Shown here in pieces: positions 1 through 12,884 of a stretch of 64,000 bases of DNA. Under the pieces are notes generated by a model that worked only from the letters and a program-made list of their open reading frames with translations, had not been told where the DNA came from and made no database searches. Numbering within the stretch: position 1 is the first letter of the stretch; every line of letters begins with the position of its first letter. Source of the stretch: Rebecca billardiae RCC1528 (Eukaryota; Protista; Haptophyta); the NCBI GenBank assembly GCA_965240325.2, contig OZ251255.1, positions 1-64,000 of the forward strand. Direction: 5' to 3'. The translations under genes were made by a program, and so were the position numbers.

Positions 1-842
1 CCCTAACTAACCCTAACCCTAACCCTAACCCTAACCTAACCCTAACCCTAACCCCTAACCCTAACCCTAACCCTAACCCTAACCCTAACCCTAACCCTAA
101 CCCTAACCCTAACCCTAACCCTAACCCTAACCCTAACCCTAACCCTAACCTAACCCTAACCCTAACCCTAACCCTAACCCTAACCCTAACCCTAACCCTA
201 ACCCCTAACCCTAACCCTAACCCCTAACCCTAACCCTAACCCTAACCCTAACCCTAACCCTAACCCTAACCCTAACCCTAACCCTAACCCCTAACCCTAA
301 CCCTAACCCTAACCAACCCTAACCCTAACCCTAACCCTAACCCTAACCCCCCTAACCCTAACCCTAACCCTAACCCTAACCCTAACCCCTAACCCTAACC
401 CTAACCCTAACCCCTAACCCTAACCCTAACCCTAACCCTAACCCTAACCCTAACCCTAACCCTAACCCTAACCCTAACCCTAACCCTAACCCTAACCCTA
501 ACCCTAACCCTAACCCTAACCCCTAACCCTAACCCTAACCCTAACCCTAACCCTAACCCTAACCCTAACCCTAACCCTAACCCTAACCCCTAACCCTAAC
601 CCTAACCCTAACCCCTAACCCTAACCCTAACCCTAACCCTAACCCTAACCTAACCCTAACCCTAACCCTAACCCCTAACCCTAACCCTAACCCTAACCCT
701 AACCCTAACCCTAACCCTAACCCTAACCCTAACCCTAACCCTAACCCTAACCCTAACCCTAACCCTAACCTAACCCTAACCCTAACCCTAACCCTAACCC
801 TAACCCTAACCCTAACCCTAACCCTAACCCTAACCCTAACCC

Positions 843-920
<78 letters not shown>

Positions 921-1240
921 CCCTAACCCTAACCCTAACCCTAACCCTAACCCTAACCCTAACCCTAACCCTAACCCTAACCCTAACCCTAACCCTAACC
1001 CTAACCCTAACCCTAACCCTAACCCTAACCCTAACCCTAACCCTAACCCTAACCCTAACCTAACCCTAACCCTAACCCTAACCCTAACCCTAACCCTAAC
1101 CCTAACCCCTAACCCTAACCCTAACCCTAACCCTAACCCTAACCCTAACCCTAACCCTAACCCTAACCCTAACCTAACCCTAACCCTAACCCTAACCCTA
1201 ACCCTAACCCTAACCCTAACCCTAACCCTAACCCTAACCC

Positions 1241-1281
<41 letters not shown>

Positions 1282-1569
1282 CCCTAACCCTAACCCTAAC
1301 CCTAACCCTAACCCTAACCCTAACCCTAACCCTAACCCTAACCCCTAACCCTAACCCTAACCCTAACCCTAACCCCTAACCCTAACCCTAACCCTAACCC
1401 TAACCCTAACCCCTAACCCTAACCCTAACCCTAACCCTAACCCTAACCCTAACCCTAACCCTAACCCTAACCCTAACCCTAACCCTAACCCTAACCCCTA
1501 ACCCTAACCCTAACCCTAACCCTAACCCTAACCCTAACCCTAACCCTAACCCTAACCCTAACCCTAACC

Positions 1570-1601
<32 letters not shown>

Positions 1602-1667
1602 CTAACCCTAACCCTAACCCTAACCCTAACCCTAACCCTAACCCTAACCCTAACCCTAACCCTAACC

Positions 1668-1708
<41 letters not shown>

Positions 1709-1770
1709 CCCTAACCCTAACCCTAACCCTAACCCTAACCCTAACCCTAACCCTAACCCTAACCCTAACC

Positions 1771-1811
<41 letters not shown>

Positions 1812-2455
1812 CCCTAACCCTAACCCTAACCCTAACCCTAACCCTAACCCTAACCCTAACCCTAACCCTAACCCTAACCCTAACCCTAACCCTAACCCTA
1901 ACCCTAACCCTAACCCTAACCCTAACCCTAACCCTAACCCTAACCCTAACCCTAACCCTAACCCTAACCCCTAACCCTAACCCTAACCCTAACCCTAACC
2001 CTAACCCTAACCCTAACCCTAACCCTAACCCTAACCCTAACCCTAACCCTAACCCTAACCCTAACCCTAACCCTAACCCTAACCCTAACCCTAACCCTAA
2101 CCCTAACCCTAACCCTAACCCTAACCCTAACCCTAACCCTAACCCTAACCCTAACCCTAACCCTAACCCCTAACCCTAACCCTAACCCTAACCCTAACCC
2201 TAACCCTAACCCTAACCCTAACCCTAACCCTAACCCTAACCCTAACCCTAACCCTAACCCTAACCCTAACCCTAACCCTAACCCTAACCCTAACCCTAAC
2301 CCTAACCCTAACCCTAACCCTAACCCTAACCCTAACCCTAACCCTAACCCTAACCCTAACCCTAACCCTAACCCTAACCCTAACCCTAACCCTAACCCTA
2401 ACCCTAACCCTAACCCTAACCCCTAACCCTAACCCCTAACCCTAACCCTAACCTA
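1..2455 (-). repeat. Telomeric repeat tract (CCCTAA)n / (TTAGGG)n, chromosome end
   Basis: Continuous CCCTAA hexamers from base 1 with scattered 1-bp indels. Confidence 0.99.
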
Positions 2456-4824
2456 GGCGCAGGTAAGGGTTAGGGCGCAGGTAAGGGTTAGGGCGCAGGT
2501 AAGGGTTAGGGCGCAGGTAAGGGTTAGGGCGCCGGTAAGGGTTAGGGCGCAGGTAAGGGTTAGGGCGCCGGTAAGGGTTAGGGCGCCGGTAAGGGTTAGG
2601 GCGCAGGTAAGGGTTAGGGCGCAGGTAAGGGTTAGGGCGCAGGTAAGGGTTAGGGCGCAGGTAAGGGTTAGGGCGCAGGTAAGGGTTAGGGTGCAGGTAA
2701 GGGTTAGGGCGCAGGTAAGGGTTAGGGCGCAGGTAAGGGTTAGGGCGCAGGTAAGGGTTAGGGCGCAGGTAAGGGTTAGGGCGCAGGTAAGGGTTAGGGC
2801 GCAGGTAAGGGTTAGGGCGCCGGTAAGGGTTAGGGCGCAGGTAAGGGTTAGGGCGCAGGTAAGGGTTAGGGCGCAGGTAAGGGTTAGGGCGCAGGTAAGG
2901 GTTAGGGCGCAGGTAAGGGTTAGGGTGCAGGTAAGGGTTAGGGCGCAGGTAAGGGTTAGGGCGCAGGTAAGGGTTAGGGCGCAGGTAAGGGTTAGGGCGC
3001 CGGTAAGGGTTAGGGCGCAGGTAAGGGTTAGGGCGCAGGTAAGGGTTAGGGCGCAGGTAAGGGTTAGGGCGCAGGTAAGGGTTAGGGCGCCGGTAAGGGT
3101 TAGGGCGCAGGTAAGGGTTAGGGCGCAGGTAAGGGTTAGGGCGCAGGTAAGGGTTAGGGCGCAGGTAAGGGTTAGGGCGCCGGTAAGGGTTAGGGCGCAG
3201 GTAAGGGTTAGGGCGCAGGTAAGGGTTAGGGCGCAGGTAAGGGTTAGGGCGCAGGTAAGGGTTAGGGCGCAGGTAAGGGTTAGGGCGCAGGTAAGGGTTA
3301 GGGCGCCGGTAAGGGTTAGGGCGCAGGTAAGGGTTAGGGCGCCGGTAAGGGTTAGGGCGCCGGTAAGGGTTAGGGCGCAGGTAAGGGTTAGGGCGCAGGT
3401 AAGGGTTAGGGCGCAGGTAAGGGTTAGGGCGCAGGTAAGGGTTAGGGCGCAGGTAAGGGTTAGGGTGCAGGTAAGGGTTAGGGCGCAGGTAAGGGTTAGG
3501 GCGCAGGTAAGGGTTAGGGCGCAGGTAAGGGTTAGGGCGCAGGTAAGGGTTAGGGCGCAGGTAAGGGTTAGGGCGCAGGTAAGGGTTAGGGCGCCGGTAA
3601 GGGTTAGGGCGCAGGTAAGGGTTAGGGCGCAGGTAAGGGTTAGGGCGCAGGTAAGGGTTAGGGCGCAGGTAAGGGTTAGGGCGCAGGTAAGGGTTAGGGT
3701 GCAGGTAAGGGTTAGGGCGCAGGTAAGGGTTAGGGCGCAGGTAAGGGTTAGGGCGCAGGTAAGGGTTAGGGCGCCGGTAAGGGTTAGGGCGCAGGTAAGG
3801 GTTAGGGCGCAGGTAAGGGTTAGGGCGCAGGTAAGGGTTAGGGCGCAGGTAAGGGTTAGGGCGCCGGTAAGGGTTAGGGCGCAGGTAAGGGTTAGGGCGC
3901 AGGTAAGGGTTAGGGCGCAGGTAAGGGTTAGGGCGCAGGTAAGGGTTAGGGCGCCGGTAAGGGTTAGGGCGCAGGTAAGGGTTAGGGCGCAGGTAAGGGT
4001 TAGGGCGCAGGTAAGGGTTAGGGCGCAGGTAAGGGTTAGGGCGCAGGTAAGGGTTAGGGCGCAGGTAAGGGTTAGGGCGCCGGTAAGGGTTAGGGCGCAG
4101 GTAAGGGTTAGGGCGCCGGTAAGGGTTAGGGCGCCGGTAAGGGTTAGGGCGCAGGTAAGGGTTAGGGCGCAGGTAAGGGTTAGGGCGCAGGTAAGGGTTA
4201 GGGCGCAGGTAAGGGTTAGGGCGCAGGTAAGGGTTAGGGTGCAGGTAAGGGTTAGGGCGCAGGTAAGGGTTAGGGCGCAGGTAAGGGTTAGGGCGCAGGT
4301 AAGGGTTAGGGCGCAGGTAAGGGTTAGGGCGCAGGTAAGGGTTAGGGCGCAGGTAAGGGTTAGGGCGCCGGTAAGGGTTAGGGCGCAGGTAAGGGTTAGG
4401 GCGCAGGTAAGGGTTAGGGCGCAGGTAAGGGTTAGGGCGCAGGTAAGGGTTAGGGCGCAGGTAAGGGTTAGGGTGCAGGTAAGGGTTAGGGCGCAGGTAA
4501 GGGTTAGGGCGCAGGTAAGGGTTAGGGCGCAGGTAAGGGTTAGGGCGCCGGTAAGGGTTAGGGCGCAGGTAAGGGTTAGGGCGCAGGTAAGGGTTAGGGC
4601 GCAGGTAAGGGTTAGGGCGCAGGTAAGGGTTAGGGCGCCGGTAAGGGTTAGGGCGCAGGTAAGGGTTAGGGCGCAGGTAAGGGTTAGGGCGCAGGTAAGG
4701 GTTAGGGCGCCGGTAAGGGTTAGGGCGCAGGTAAGGGTTAGGGCGCAGGTAAGGGTTAGGGCGCAGGTAAGGGTTAGGGCGCAGGTAAGGGTTAGGGTGC
4801 AGGTAAGGGTTAGGGCGCAGGTAA
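2456..4824 (+). repeat. 18-bp subtelomeric satellite (GGGTTAGGGCGCAGGTAA)n, about 131 monomers, with a 774-bp higher-order repeat
   Basis: Perfect 18-bp phase. C>T variant monomers at 2692, 2926, 3466, 3700, 4240, 4474, 4798 (spacings 234, 540, 234, 540, 234, 324); A>C variant monomers are interspersed. Confidence 0.97.
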
Positions 4825-4931
4825 GGGTTAGGGTTAGGGTTAGGGTCGAGGTTAGGGTCGAGGTTAGGGTTAGGGTCGTGGTTAGGGTTAGGGTCGTGGT
4901 TAGGGTTAGGGTTAGGGTGGTGGTTAGGGTC
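4825..4931 (+). repeat. Degenerate telomere-like hexamers (GGGTTA/GGGTCG/AGGTTA/TGGTTA), G-rich on + strand
   Basis: Read directly. Confidence 0.9.
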
Positions 4932-4938
4932 GCCGGTA

Positions 4939-5208
4939 CTAAAATGAGAATTTCTCGAGATTGACCGAACCGATTTCAACGAGACTTGGGCTCTGCCATG
5001 GAAATGGGAAGGGCTAGGGGCCCTCCAATTTTGAGGGGATTCGGCTCGGTCAATCTCGAGAAAACATACTTCTAAAATGAGAATTTCTCGAGATTGACCG
5101 AACTGATTTCAACGAGACTTGGGCTCTGCCATGGAAATGGGAAGGGCTAAGGGCCCTCCAATTTTGAGAGAATTTGGCTCGGTCAATCTCGAGAAAACAT
5201 ACTTCTAA
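4939..5208. repeat. Two tandem 133-bp units, each with an 18-bp internal inverted repeat
   Basis: Units start at 4939 and 5072. TTTCTCGAGATTGACCGA (4951, 5084) pairs with TCGGTCAATCTCGAGAAA (5046, 5179). Confidence 0.92.
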
Positions 5209-6147
5209 CTTTCACAGTGCAGGATTGGAATTTTCCGTGACGCTTCGGACGGTCCGCAGCTCGAGTCAGCGAATCCGGTCTCGGCCGGACAGTGGAACTC
5301 GGGTGGAAGCCGCGACTTCGCGGCGGACGGAGCCTCAAACGAGCGGTGCCTCGGCTCGCGGCGCGATCTACTCGGCGAAGACCGACGAGGCTGCTCGCGG
5401 GCCCGACTATGCGTCGACGCGGGCTGGGGTCGTCTTCCGCGTGGCGCTGGGCAAGTTCCTCGCCGCCCTGACGGGTGCTCTCCTTTCGCCCTCACGGCGC
5501 GCGCGGTGCGTTTCGCGAGCTTCTTGCATGCGCCGCCCGCGGTTGCGCCCGAGCCTGATGCTTCAGTCGACACGGCAGGTGGCTCGCGCAGGGTGGGATT
5601 GTGTGCGGGTGCCGCTGGCGGTGCGTCTCACCCTCCTGAAATTGTGTGGGAGGCTGTGACATTGCACGCGTACACCCCGCCACGCCCGCGGCCCGCCCGC
5701 GCAAACGCCGCGCCGCGCAGTTGTCTTTGACCTCGAGCGAGCCTGAGGCGTGGAGGCGACCGACGGCGGGGTGCGACTTGCCCATCGACCCGAGCCGCAT
5801 CACCCAGCGCAGCCTCGCCCGCGACGACGCTTCGCCTGGCTGCCACTGCTCAGCCGCGTGCAAGGCGGGCTGGGCGACGTCTAGTGCCGAGCGCGGCTGC
5901 AGCGCAGCACGCGAGAGGCTGGAGCGCCATGACGCGGATGGCGGAGCGGGCTTTGGGCTGGCTGGCATGAGCCGCCAGGCTGTACCGTCCGCGCAGATCG
6001 CGCTCGGCCCGGCCGCAGCCCTCCTGAGCGCGCGCCTCAGAGCTGAGACTGATCACGTGCACGCGCACAAGCCACACTGCCGTGGCTGTGTCGAGCAGCT
6101 GCGTGTGCTCGAGGCGCGGCGCTCGCACGGGCCACGCGGGCGCAGCG

Positions 6148-6830
6148 GGTGCGCGCAGCTGGCGCACGCAGTGCCACGTCCTGCCGCGCCAGTTTGGCGG
6201 CCGTCCGCCCCCCCGAGCTCGAGTTCTGCGCGCTTTGCGACGGCGCGGCCGGCCGCGCCCATCTTCATGCTTGGGCACGCCAGCATGGCCGCCGCCGGGC
6301 CTGCTGCGCGCGCCGAAGCTGGAGGGCGGAGGAGGGCGCTGGGCTGCTCCTACGGCGTGCTGCAGCCCGGGCAGGCTTTTCCGCGGCGCGGCGAGGCCGT
6401 CGCGCCTGCTCGCCGCCGTCGAGTCGCCCGTGCTGAGTGACCGTCGGCCGCATGTGCTCGGCGGCACCGCAGGCAGGCGTCCCATACCAGTGTGCTCGAG
6501 CCGCTGCGCGCACCCAAGACGAGCTGCTCGAGCGGGCTAGGTGGGCCCACGGAGTGCGCGCAGCTGGCGCACGCAGCCCCGCGTCATGGGGTGTCGGTTT
6601 GACGGTCGCCAGCCCCCGTGGGCTCGAGCTCTGTGCGCTTCACCACGGAGGTGCCGACGGCGCCCCGCGGCGCGCAACGGCGTGGCAGCATGGCCGCCGC
6701 CGGCGCCGCCGCACATGCCGCCGCTTTCGGGCAGTCGAGAGCTTGGGGCAGCACCTACGGCATGCTGCAGCTCGGGCGGGCTCTGCCAGCCTGCTGTGGC
6801 GTGATCGCGCATTTTCCAGACCGTCGACTC
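6148..6830. repeat. Diverged tandem duplication, period about 405 bp
   Basis: Shared blocks GTGCGCGCAGCTGGCGCACGCAG, CAGCATGGCCGCCGCCGG and CTACGGCRTGCTGCAGC recur in the same order. Confidence 0.7.
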
Positions 6831-9194
6831 GCCCGCGCTGCATATTTGTTTGCTGCGCGTGCTCGACGGCGCCGCTGCTGCCGCTACGGCCGCGCGTTGC
6901 TGCGTCGCGAGCGAGCCCGATGCGAGCTGAACGGCGGCGTGCTCATCGCTGCTGGCGCAGATGGGCGCGTCATGGTGGCCACGCACGATGCTGAGTGCTC
7001 GCGCGTGCCAGACGAGGCGCGTGCTCGCGCTGTGGCTCAATGTCCGGCAGTGCGCGTGGCAGGCCGCAGCTGCTCGACAACAGAACCAGCGGGCAGTGAT
7101 CGGGCTGCGCGCGCGCAGCTGATGGCGGCGAACGAGCGAGCCCGCACCGCCGCGCAAGGGCTGGGCGACTGGCGCCGAGGTGGCGCGCACGTCGTCCGCT
7201 GCCGTTGGCATCGCGGCGGACGCTTCAAGCTCGTTCGGCCGGCGTGTTTTCTCCGACGCCCACCTGCGAGCGCTGCCGGCACCGTGCTCGGGCGTCAGTA
7301 TCGGTGGGCTCGAGCACGCGTGGTGAGGCGCTCGGAGCGGTCGACGGCCATGATCGGGCAGCGCACGGTGGGCGCAGGCCACGCGCACGCCAGCGCCCCG
7401 CGTGGCGTGGCTTCACGGGGCGCAGCCACCAGGAGACTGTGCTGCGACGAGCTCGGGCGCGCTCGGGCGCCGCTGCTCTGCATTTTCCCGAAAAATCGGT
7501 TTTCGTGCCCTCGACCGGCGGTATGCCGCCGGGGTGGCCGCAGCTGCGCTCGGAGCAGCGCGCACGGGCACCGCCGTGTGCGCCCGCCCGCTTTCGCCGC
7601 CGCCGAGCTCGAGCACAGCGCTGCGCGGGGCTGCGTAATGCCAACGGCGCATGATTTTTTGCCCGCGCCGAGCGCGCGTCGGCGCGCGCAGCGCGCTCAG
7701 GTGTGGCCTGCTACCAAGGTCTGTGCCACGATTCGACGCGCCTATGGTGCGCCGAATTTAGGCGCACCGCTTCAGAATTGTCCGATGATTCGACTAGTGG
7801 TGCGGACAACTTAAAACGTCACCCTGAGCAGTTTTCCGGCACTGTGTCGTCGGGATTTTCAGCAATTTCATTGGAGGAGGGTGCCTCACTCTATTGTCCA
7901 AACTTGCATTTTCGGGATGTGAAGCTGTAAGTGTTTCGCCTTGCGGAGTAGCGCAGCCGCCAATCCGTCCAATGGGAAGCCAGCTCGGGCTTCGCTCAAT
8001 GAAAAATGATCACATCGGCTCCCGCGAGCCCCGATAGGAAATAGAGCTCGCTCCGTTCCACTTCGTCGGTATCTCGCCGTCTCGTGGTGGGCGAGGGGCG
8101 GAGCTGAGTGGTTGGGTCTGCGGCGCGGACTGCGATGCTGGGCTGCTGACGTTCTCCGCGCGGGATATCTGAGGGGCACGCGAGCTGTATGTAGGGCACG
8201 CCTTGCAAACAATCTCCCCGCTGTACGTGCAGGTCATGCTAGCGTCCTCCGCGCCAAAAAAACCTGCTTGTTCTTGCGCGAGGCCCGAGTCCGCGGCACT
8301 CGGTCGCTGCTCGCCGCAAGCTGGCACGCGTCAGCGTCTACACATTCACGATTCGGTGGTCATCGTGCGCCTGAGGACGGGGGCGATCTACTGAGTGCGC
8401 TGCTAGATGAGCAGGCCCGCGTAAGGTTAGATCACCCTGCTCCTCACGCCTTGCGCGCACCTTGGGTTGCTTCCGTCACGCTTGAGGCGCTTCACGTCGC
8501 ACGGGTCGGCGTAAGCTGTGTGTGTGATGCAAGCAGACGTCTTCCAAGCCTGGCTTGTACCCGATGGGAGAGCATACTTCTATCGCCTTCAGCCACCACC
8601 TTCTCCGGCGTTCGACGCCCACACTACATGCGACCACAGCCATACGCAGCTCGTCGGGACTCGTCTCCGTTAGCTTATCGATGTGCAAACGCCAAGGCCT
8701 GTGACACGCAGGGAAGACTGATTCGCCATGGCATTTGTGCACTGCGTGAAGTATTGACACCAGCGCACGTTCGCCAGGTAGATTTGCGGGAGCAGAGCGT
8801 GCTTTTCTGCAAGGATTCGCACACGTATCACAGAAGTTCAGCAGTCGCGGGCTCGGACTGAAGATCTCTGCACCGTCGCTTGGCCGTGAGTGACAGGAAC
8901 AGGCGAGGAGCTCCCACGGTGCTGGCGCACAACATGCCGTGACAGCGGGGGGCACACACATGGCGCGTGCGCTGACACAACCGCGCGGACGACCGGGCTA
9001 GGCGCCACTGATCGGCCGCCCTCGGGCAAGGCACCGGCGGACTTCGCGGCCGGAACGCCATCGGGACAGCCGTCCCTCGTTTCGGCCGCCAGATAGTCTT
9101 TCGCCTTCTTCAAAACTCTAAACATTGACTGGCCAAGTAACTCTGAGATTCGCAATCGTGCGGCCAAAAACGGGGCTGGGGGGCAGTCAAGGTG

Positions 9195-9869
9195 CACCCG
9201 ACCGAGATAAATAACTGCCGCGCCTTGTGGGCGCCCGGCGGCACCCAGCGCGAGCCAGTGCGGCCCAGCGCGCGTAGCTCGGGTGGCGGCCAAGGTTGCA
9301 TCCGACCTTTTGCGCGGCCTGGAGCACCTGGCGATGGCCGCCGGCGCCCCCTGCGCATAGTGACACTCGGCCGCCACTCACCCGACCGAAATGAATGACT
9401 GCCGCGCCTTGTGGGCGCCCGGCGGCACCCAGCGCGAGCCAGTGCGGCCCAGCGCGCGTAGCTCGGGTGGCCGCCAAGGTCGCATTCGACCTTTTGCGTG
9501 GCCTGGAGCACCTGGCGATGGCCGCCGGCGCCCCCTGCGCGTCGTGACACTCGGCCGCCACTCACCCGACCGAGATAAATAACTGCCGCGGTGAGCGCCC
9601 GGCGGCACCCAGAGCGAGCCAGTGCGGCCCAGCGCGCGTAGCTCGGGTGGCGGCCAAGGTTGCATCCGACCTTTTGCGCGGCCTGGAGCACCTGGCGAAG
9701 GCCGCCGGCGCCCCGTGCGCATCGTGACACTCGGCCGCCACTCACCCGACCGAGATAAATAACTGCCGCGCCTTGTGGGCGCCCGGCGGCACCCAGAGCG
9801 AGCCAGTGCGGCCCAGCGCGCGTAGCTCGGGTGGCGGCCAAGGTTGCATCCGACCTTTTGCGCGACCTG
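9195..9869. repeat. 184-bp tandem repeat, about 3.7 copies
   Basis: Unit starts CACCCGACCGA at 9195, 9379, 9563, 9743. Confidence 0.95.
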
Positions 9870-12340
9870 GGCCGGCGTGTTGCGCCAGCCACGACCGCTG
9901 CTCGCCGCCGCGATGGTCGCGCTCGACAGTGCTTCGACAGTGCTCGTCTCGGCCGCCGCGGCAAGGCGCGCCCACTCCATCGACGCGGGGCGCGCGCGCG
10001 CCCAGCTGCACGACGGCTGTGCGCAGAGAGCGGGCGCTCAAGCGCGATGAGGAGGGACCTGATGCCTGCCGCTCACTACGCGGCCCACCAGGCGCAGGCT
10101 TGACGAAGAGTGAGATGGGGGGGCGGGGCGGGGGCAGCTTCGACCGGTGCGAGGCGCTGGGCCGGCTGCGGCGCTCCACATCCGCAGCGCCCGGGCGCGC
10201 GGCAGCGCTCGGCGGTAGCCGCCACAGCAGCAGCACCCGGCAGGCGCCGCCGCGCGCGCCGCGCGATCTGCTCGGGCGCGGAGCGGCAGCCTCGGCGCCG
10301 CAGGAGCGTGCGCGCCGCAGCCGTGACGCCGCCCGCGCAGCACGTGACGCGCCGCTCGGCGCGGCCGCGCTCCCGCCCTGACTGGGCCGCCCTTGCTGCC
10401 AGCGGGGATGCCCTCGCTGGCGTGGCCCGTTCACCCACCAATTCGGCCGTCCAAGTGGCCCGACTGCCCGCACACAAACATGCAGTGCTGCGCCACCTAG
10501 CCAGCCAGAAAGGCAGAAGCCAGCGGCAGCTGCCGAGTGGTTAGCGGGACACACTACCTGCAGGCAGCAGCGACTGAGACTCCACATGGCGGCGGCGGGC
10601 GCGGGCTCGGGTGACGGCTGCCGACGAGACGGCGCTCACGATGCATCGACGAGTGTGACGGGGGGGCGGGGGCGGGGGCGGAGGCCGCCTTGGGCTGGTG
10701 CGAGGCGCAGGGGCGGATACGGCGCTCCACGTGCGTACCTCCAGGCGCACGACCGCCCCGTGCGACGCGGGCTCGCGCCCATCTTGCGCCGCGGGATGCA
10801 GACTCGTGGGGAGAGGCCATGCTGATTCGCGCGCAGCCGCGACCAACGGTCGTCGGTGACGTCGCGAAAAAAAGATTACCAGCGCCGATATTCCAGGCGA
10901 GGGAATTCAGGGAAAAGTCAACTCGGCCTCGGAAGCCAGCATGGCGGCGCCGCTTCCCGGCCGTCCGCCGGAGGGCGGCTGTCGTGCGCGTCGCGTGCGC
11001 GCGCACGGCGGCGCAGTTATGCGCGAGAGGATCCGCGCGCCGTCGAAGCGCGCGCCCGGAGCGCCTCGGCCAGTTCACCACGTCCCACGCGCTGCGATCG
11101 CGATCGTGCGCCCCCGACGCGAGCGCACTGCCCGCTCGCTCGGCCCGCGCTGAAAGCAAACGCTGCCGGCTGCGCGCGGCCGCGCGAGCGCACGGCCGAG
11201 CGGCCGAGCGCGCTTGCTGGGGGGATGCACTCGCGTCTCCGCCACTCGCACGCACGACGCCGCGCAGTGCGTGGTACCCGCCAGCCACGCGTGAACACCT
11301 GCCAAGTCTGCGTGCAGAGCTCGGCCGCGGCGCGCGCGCGGCTGTTGAAAATGAAGGCTGCGCGACTCCTGCTCGCCACCGCCGACTCGCGGTGATCATG
11401 CGCGCCGGAGTGTGCGCTCGTCTCGACCGCCACGCACCACGGCAAGGGACGGCCGCTCCCTCGAAGCGAGGCGCGTGCGCGAGCGTGCGCAGCGCGGCCG
11501 TGATGGCGCGCACCAGAGGCAGCTCGGACGAGGTGGAGGATGGGGGGGGCGCGGGGGCGGGGGCGGGCTGGGCCGGTGCGTTGCGCCAGCCACGACCGCT
11601 GCTCGCCGCCGCGACGGTCGCGCTCGACAGTGCTTCGACAGTGCTCGTCTCGGCCGCCGCGGCAAGGCGCGCGTGTTCAATTGACGCGAGGCGCGCGCGC
11701 GCCCAGCCGCACCGCAGTGGGACGGCCGTGCGCAGATGAGCTGGCGCTCACGCGTGATGAGGAGCGCCCTGATGCTTGCCGCTCACTACGCAGCCCACAA
11801 GGCGCAGGCTTGACGATGGGTAAGATGGGGGGCCGGGGCGGGGGCAGCCTCGACCGGTGCGAGGCTCTGGGCCGGCTGCGCCGCTCCACACCCTGCCGCC
11901 CGGGCGCGCGGTAGCGCTCGGCGGTAGCTGCCACAGCAGCAGCACTCGGCAGGCGCCGCCGCTCGCGCCGCGCGATCTGCTCGGGCGCGGAGCGGCAGCC
12001 TCGGTGCCGCAGGAGCGTGCGCGGCGGGGCTCACGCACGTCCCACCGGATCCCCCGCCCGAACCGCCGGGCGCGTCTGCTGGAGGGCTCAGCGGACGCAG
12101 GCCGGACGACGAGCGAGACTGGGGGGGGGGGGCGGGGGCGGGGGCCACCTCTGGCTGGTTCGAGGCGCTGGGGCGGCTGCGGCACTGCGCGTACGTACCA
12201 CCCGGCGCGTGACAGACCCGTCCGACGCGCGCGTGCGCCCATCTGCGCCGCGGGGTGCGAACCGGCGGGGAGAGGCCGTTCGGCCATGCTGGCTCGCGCG
12301 CCATTTCCTGCGGCCAACGGTCCGACGTCGCAAGAAAAGC
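9868..12340. repeat. Direct segmental duplication: 9868-10320 ~ 11568-12025 and 10645-10870 ~ 12110-12340; possibly decayed gene copies
   Basis: Long shared blocks such as TTGCGCCAGCCACGACCGCTGCTCGCCGCCGCGA and CGCGATCTGCTCGGGCGCGGAGCGGCAGCCTCGG; no conserved reading frame recognised. Confidence 0.8.
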
Positions 12341-12884
12341 GAGTATTCTAGCATATTAAAAAAGTTACGTAGTTAGGCGAGCGTAAACCAGCATGGCGGA
12401 TCGCCCACCGGGCCACAGCGCCCGAGCGCCGGCGTGCGCGCACGCCGGCGCAGCGGTGCGCGAGAGGGCGTCTACTGCATCATGAGTAGCGGCGAACTGT
12501 GCCTCGGTGGCCGCCGCGGCCTTGGTCGAGGCCGTGCTTCGGCGCCCTGAGTCTGGGAGGCCGCGAGAGTCCCGGGCCGATCGGACAACGCGGGGCCGCG
12601 GGCCGGGCGCTAAGCCACCAATGGAACGCGGTGCTGCACTACAGCCGCCACTATACGACGCGACGCTAGATACAGTAGCAGCCGAAGAATGCCATACCGG
12701 CAGTCGTAGTATATGACAACGACTCATCATCGTCGGCATCATCTACTGCGCGCGCGCGGCCACGCCAGACGCTCACCGCTGGCTCGGCGCCTGCGTCGCA
12801 CGGTCGTAGTCACTCTTCGGACGACCCGGTTACTCCGCGTCAGCAGCAGCACATCCCTGAGCCACGGCGGGCCGCGACGCGACC

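Noticed and set aside
2456-4824. GCGCAG|GTAAG in every satellite monomer looks like an acceptor joined to a donor site
   Set aside because: No gene context or branch point, and this genome's donors are GTGCG; likely coincidence of degenerate hexamers
2448-4979. 843-aa (PNPYLR)n and 757-aa (VRVRAQ)n ORFs
   Set aside because: Translations of the 18-bp satellite; open only because the monomer is 3n and stop-free in those frames
9195-9869. Possible CRISPR array
   Set aside because: Whole units repeat with no unique spacers; eukaryotic context
5174-12742. Many overlapping Arg/Ala-rich ORFs
   Set aside because: No recognisable domains or consistent codon bias; expected from high GC. A decayed gene or transposon cannot be excluded
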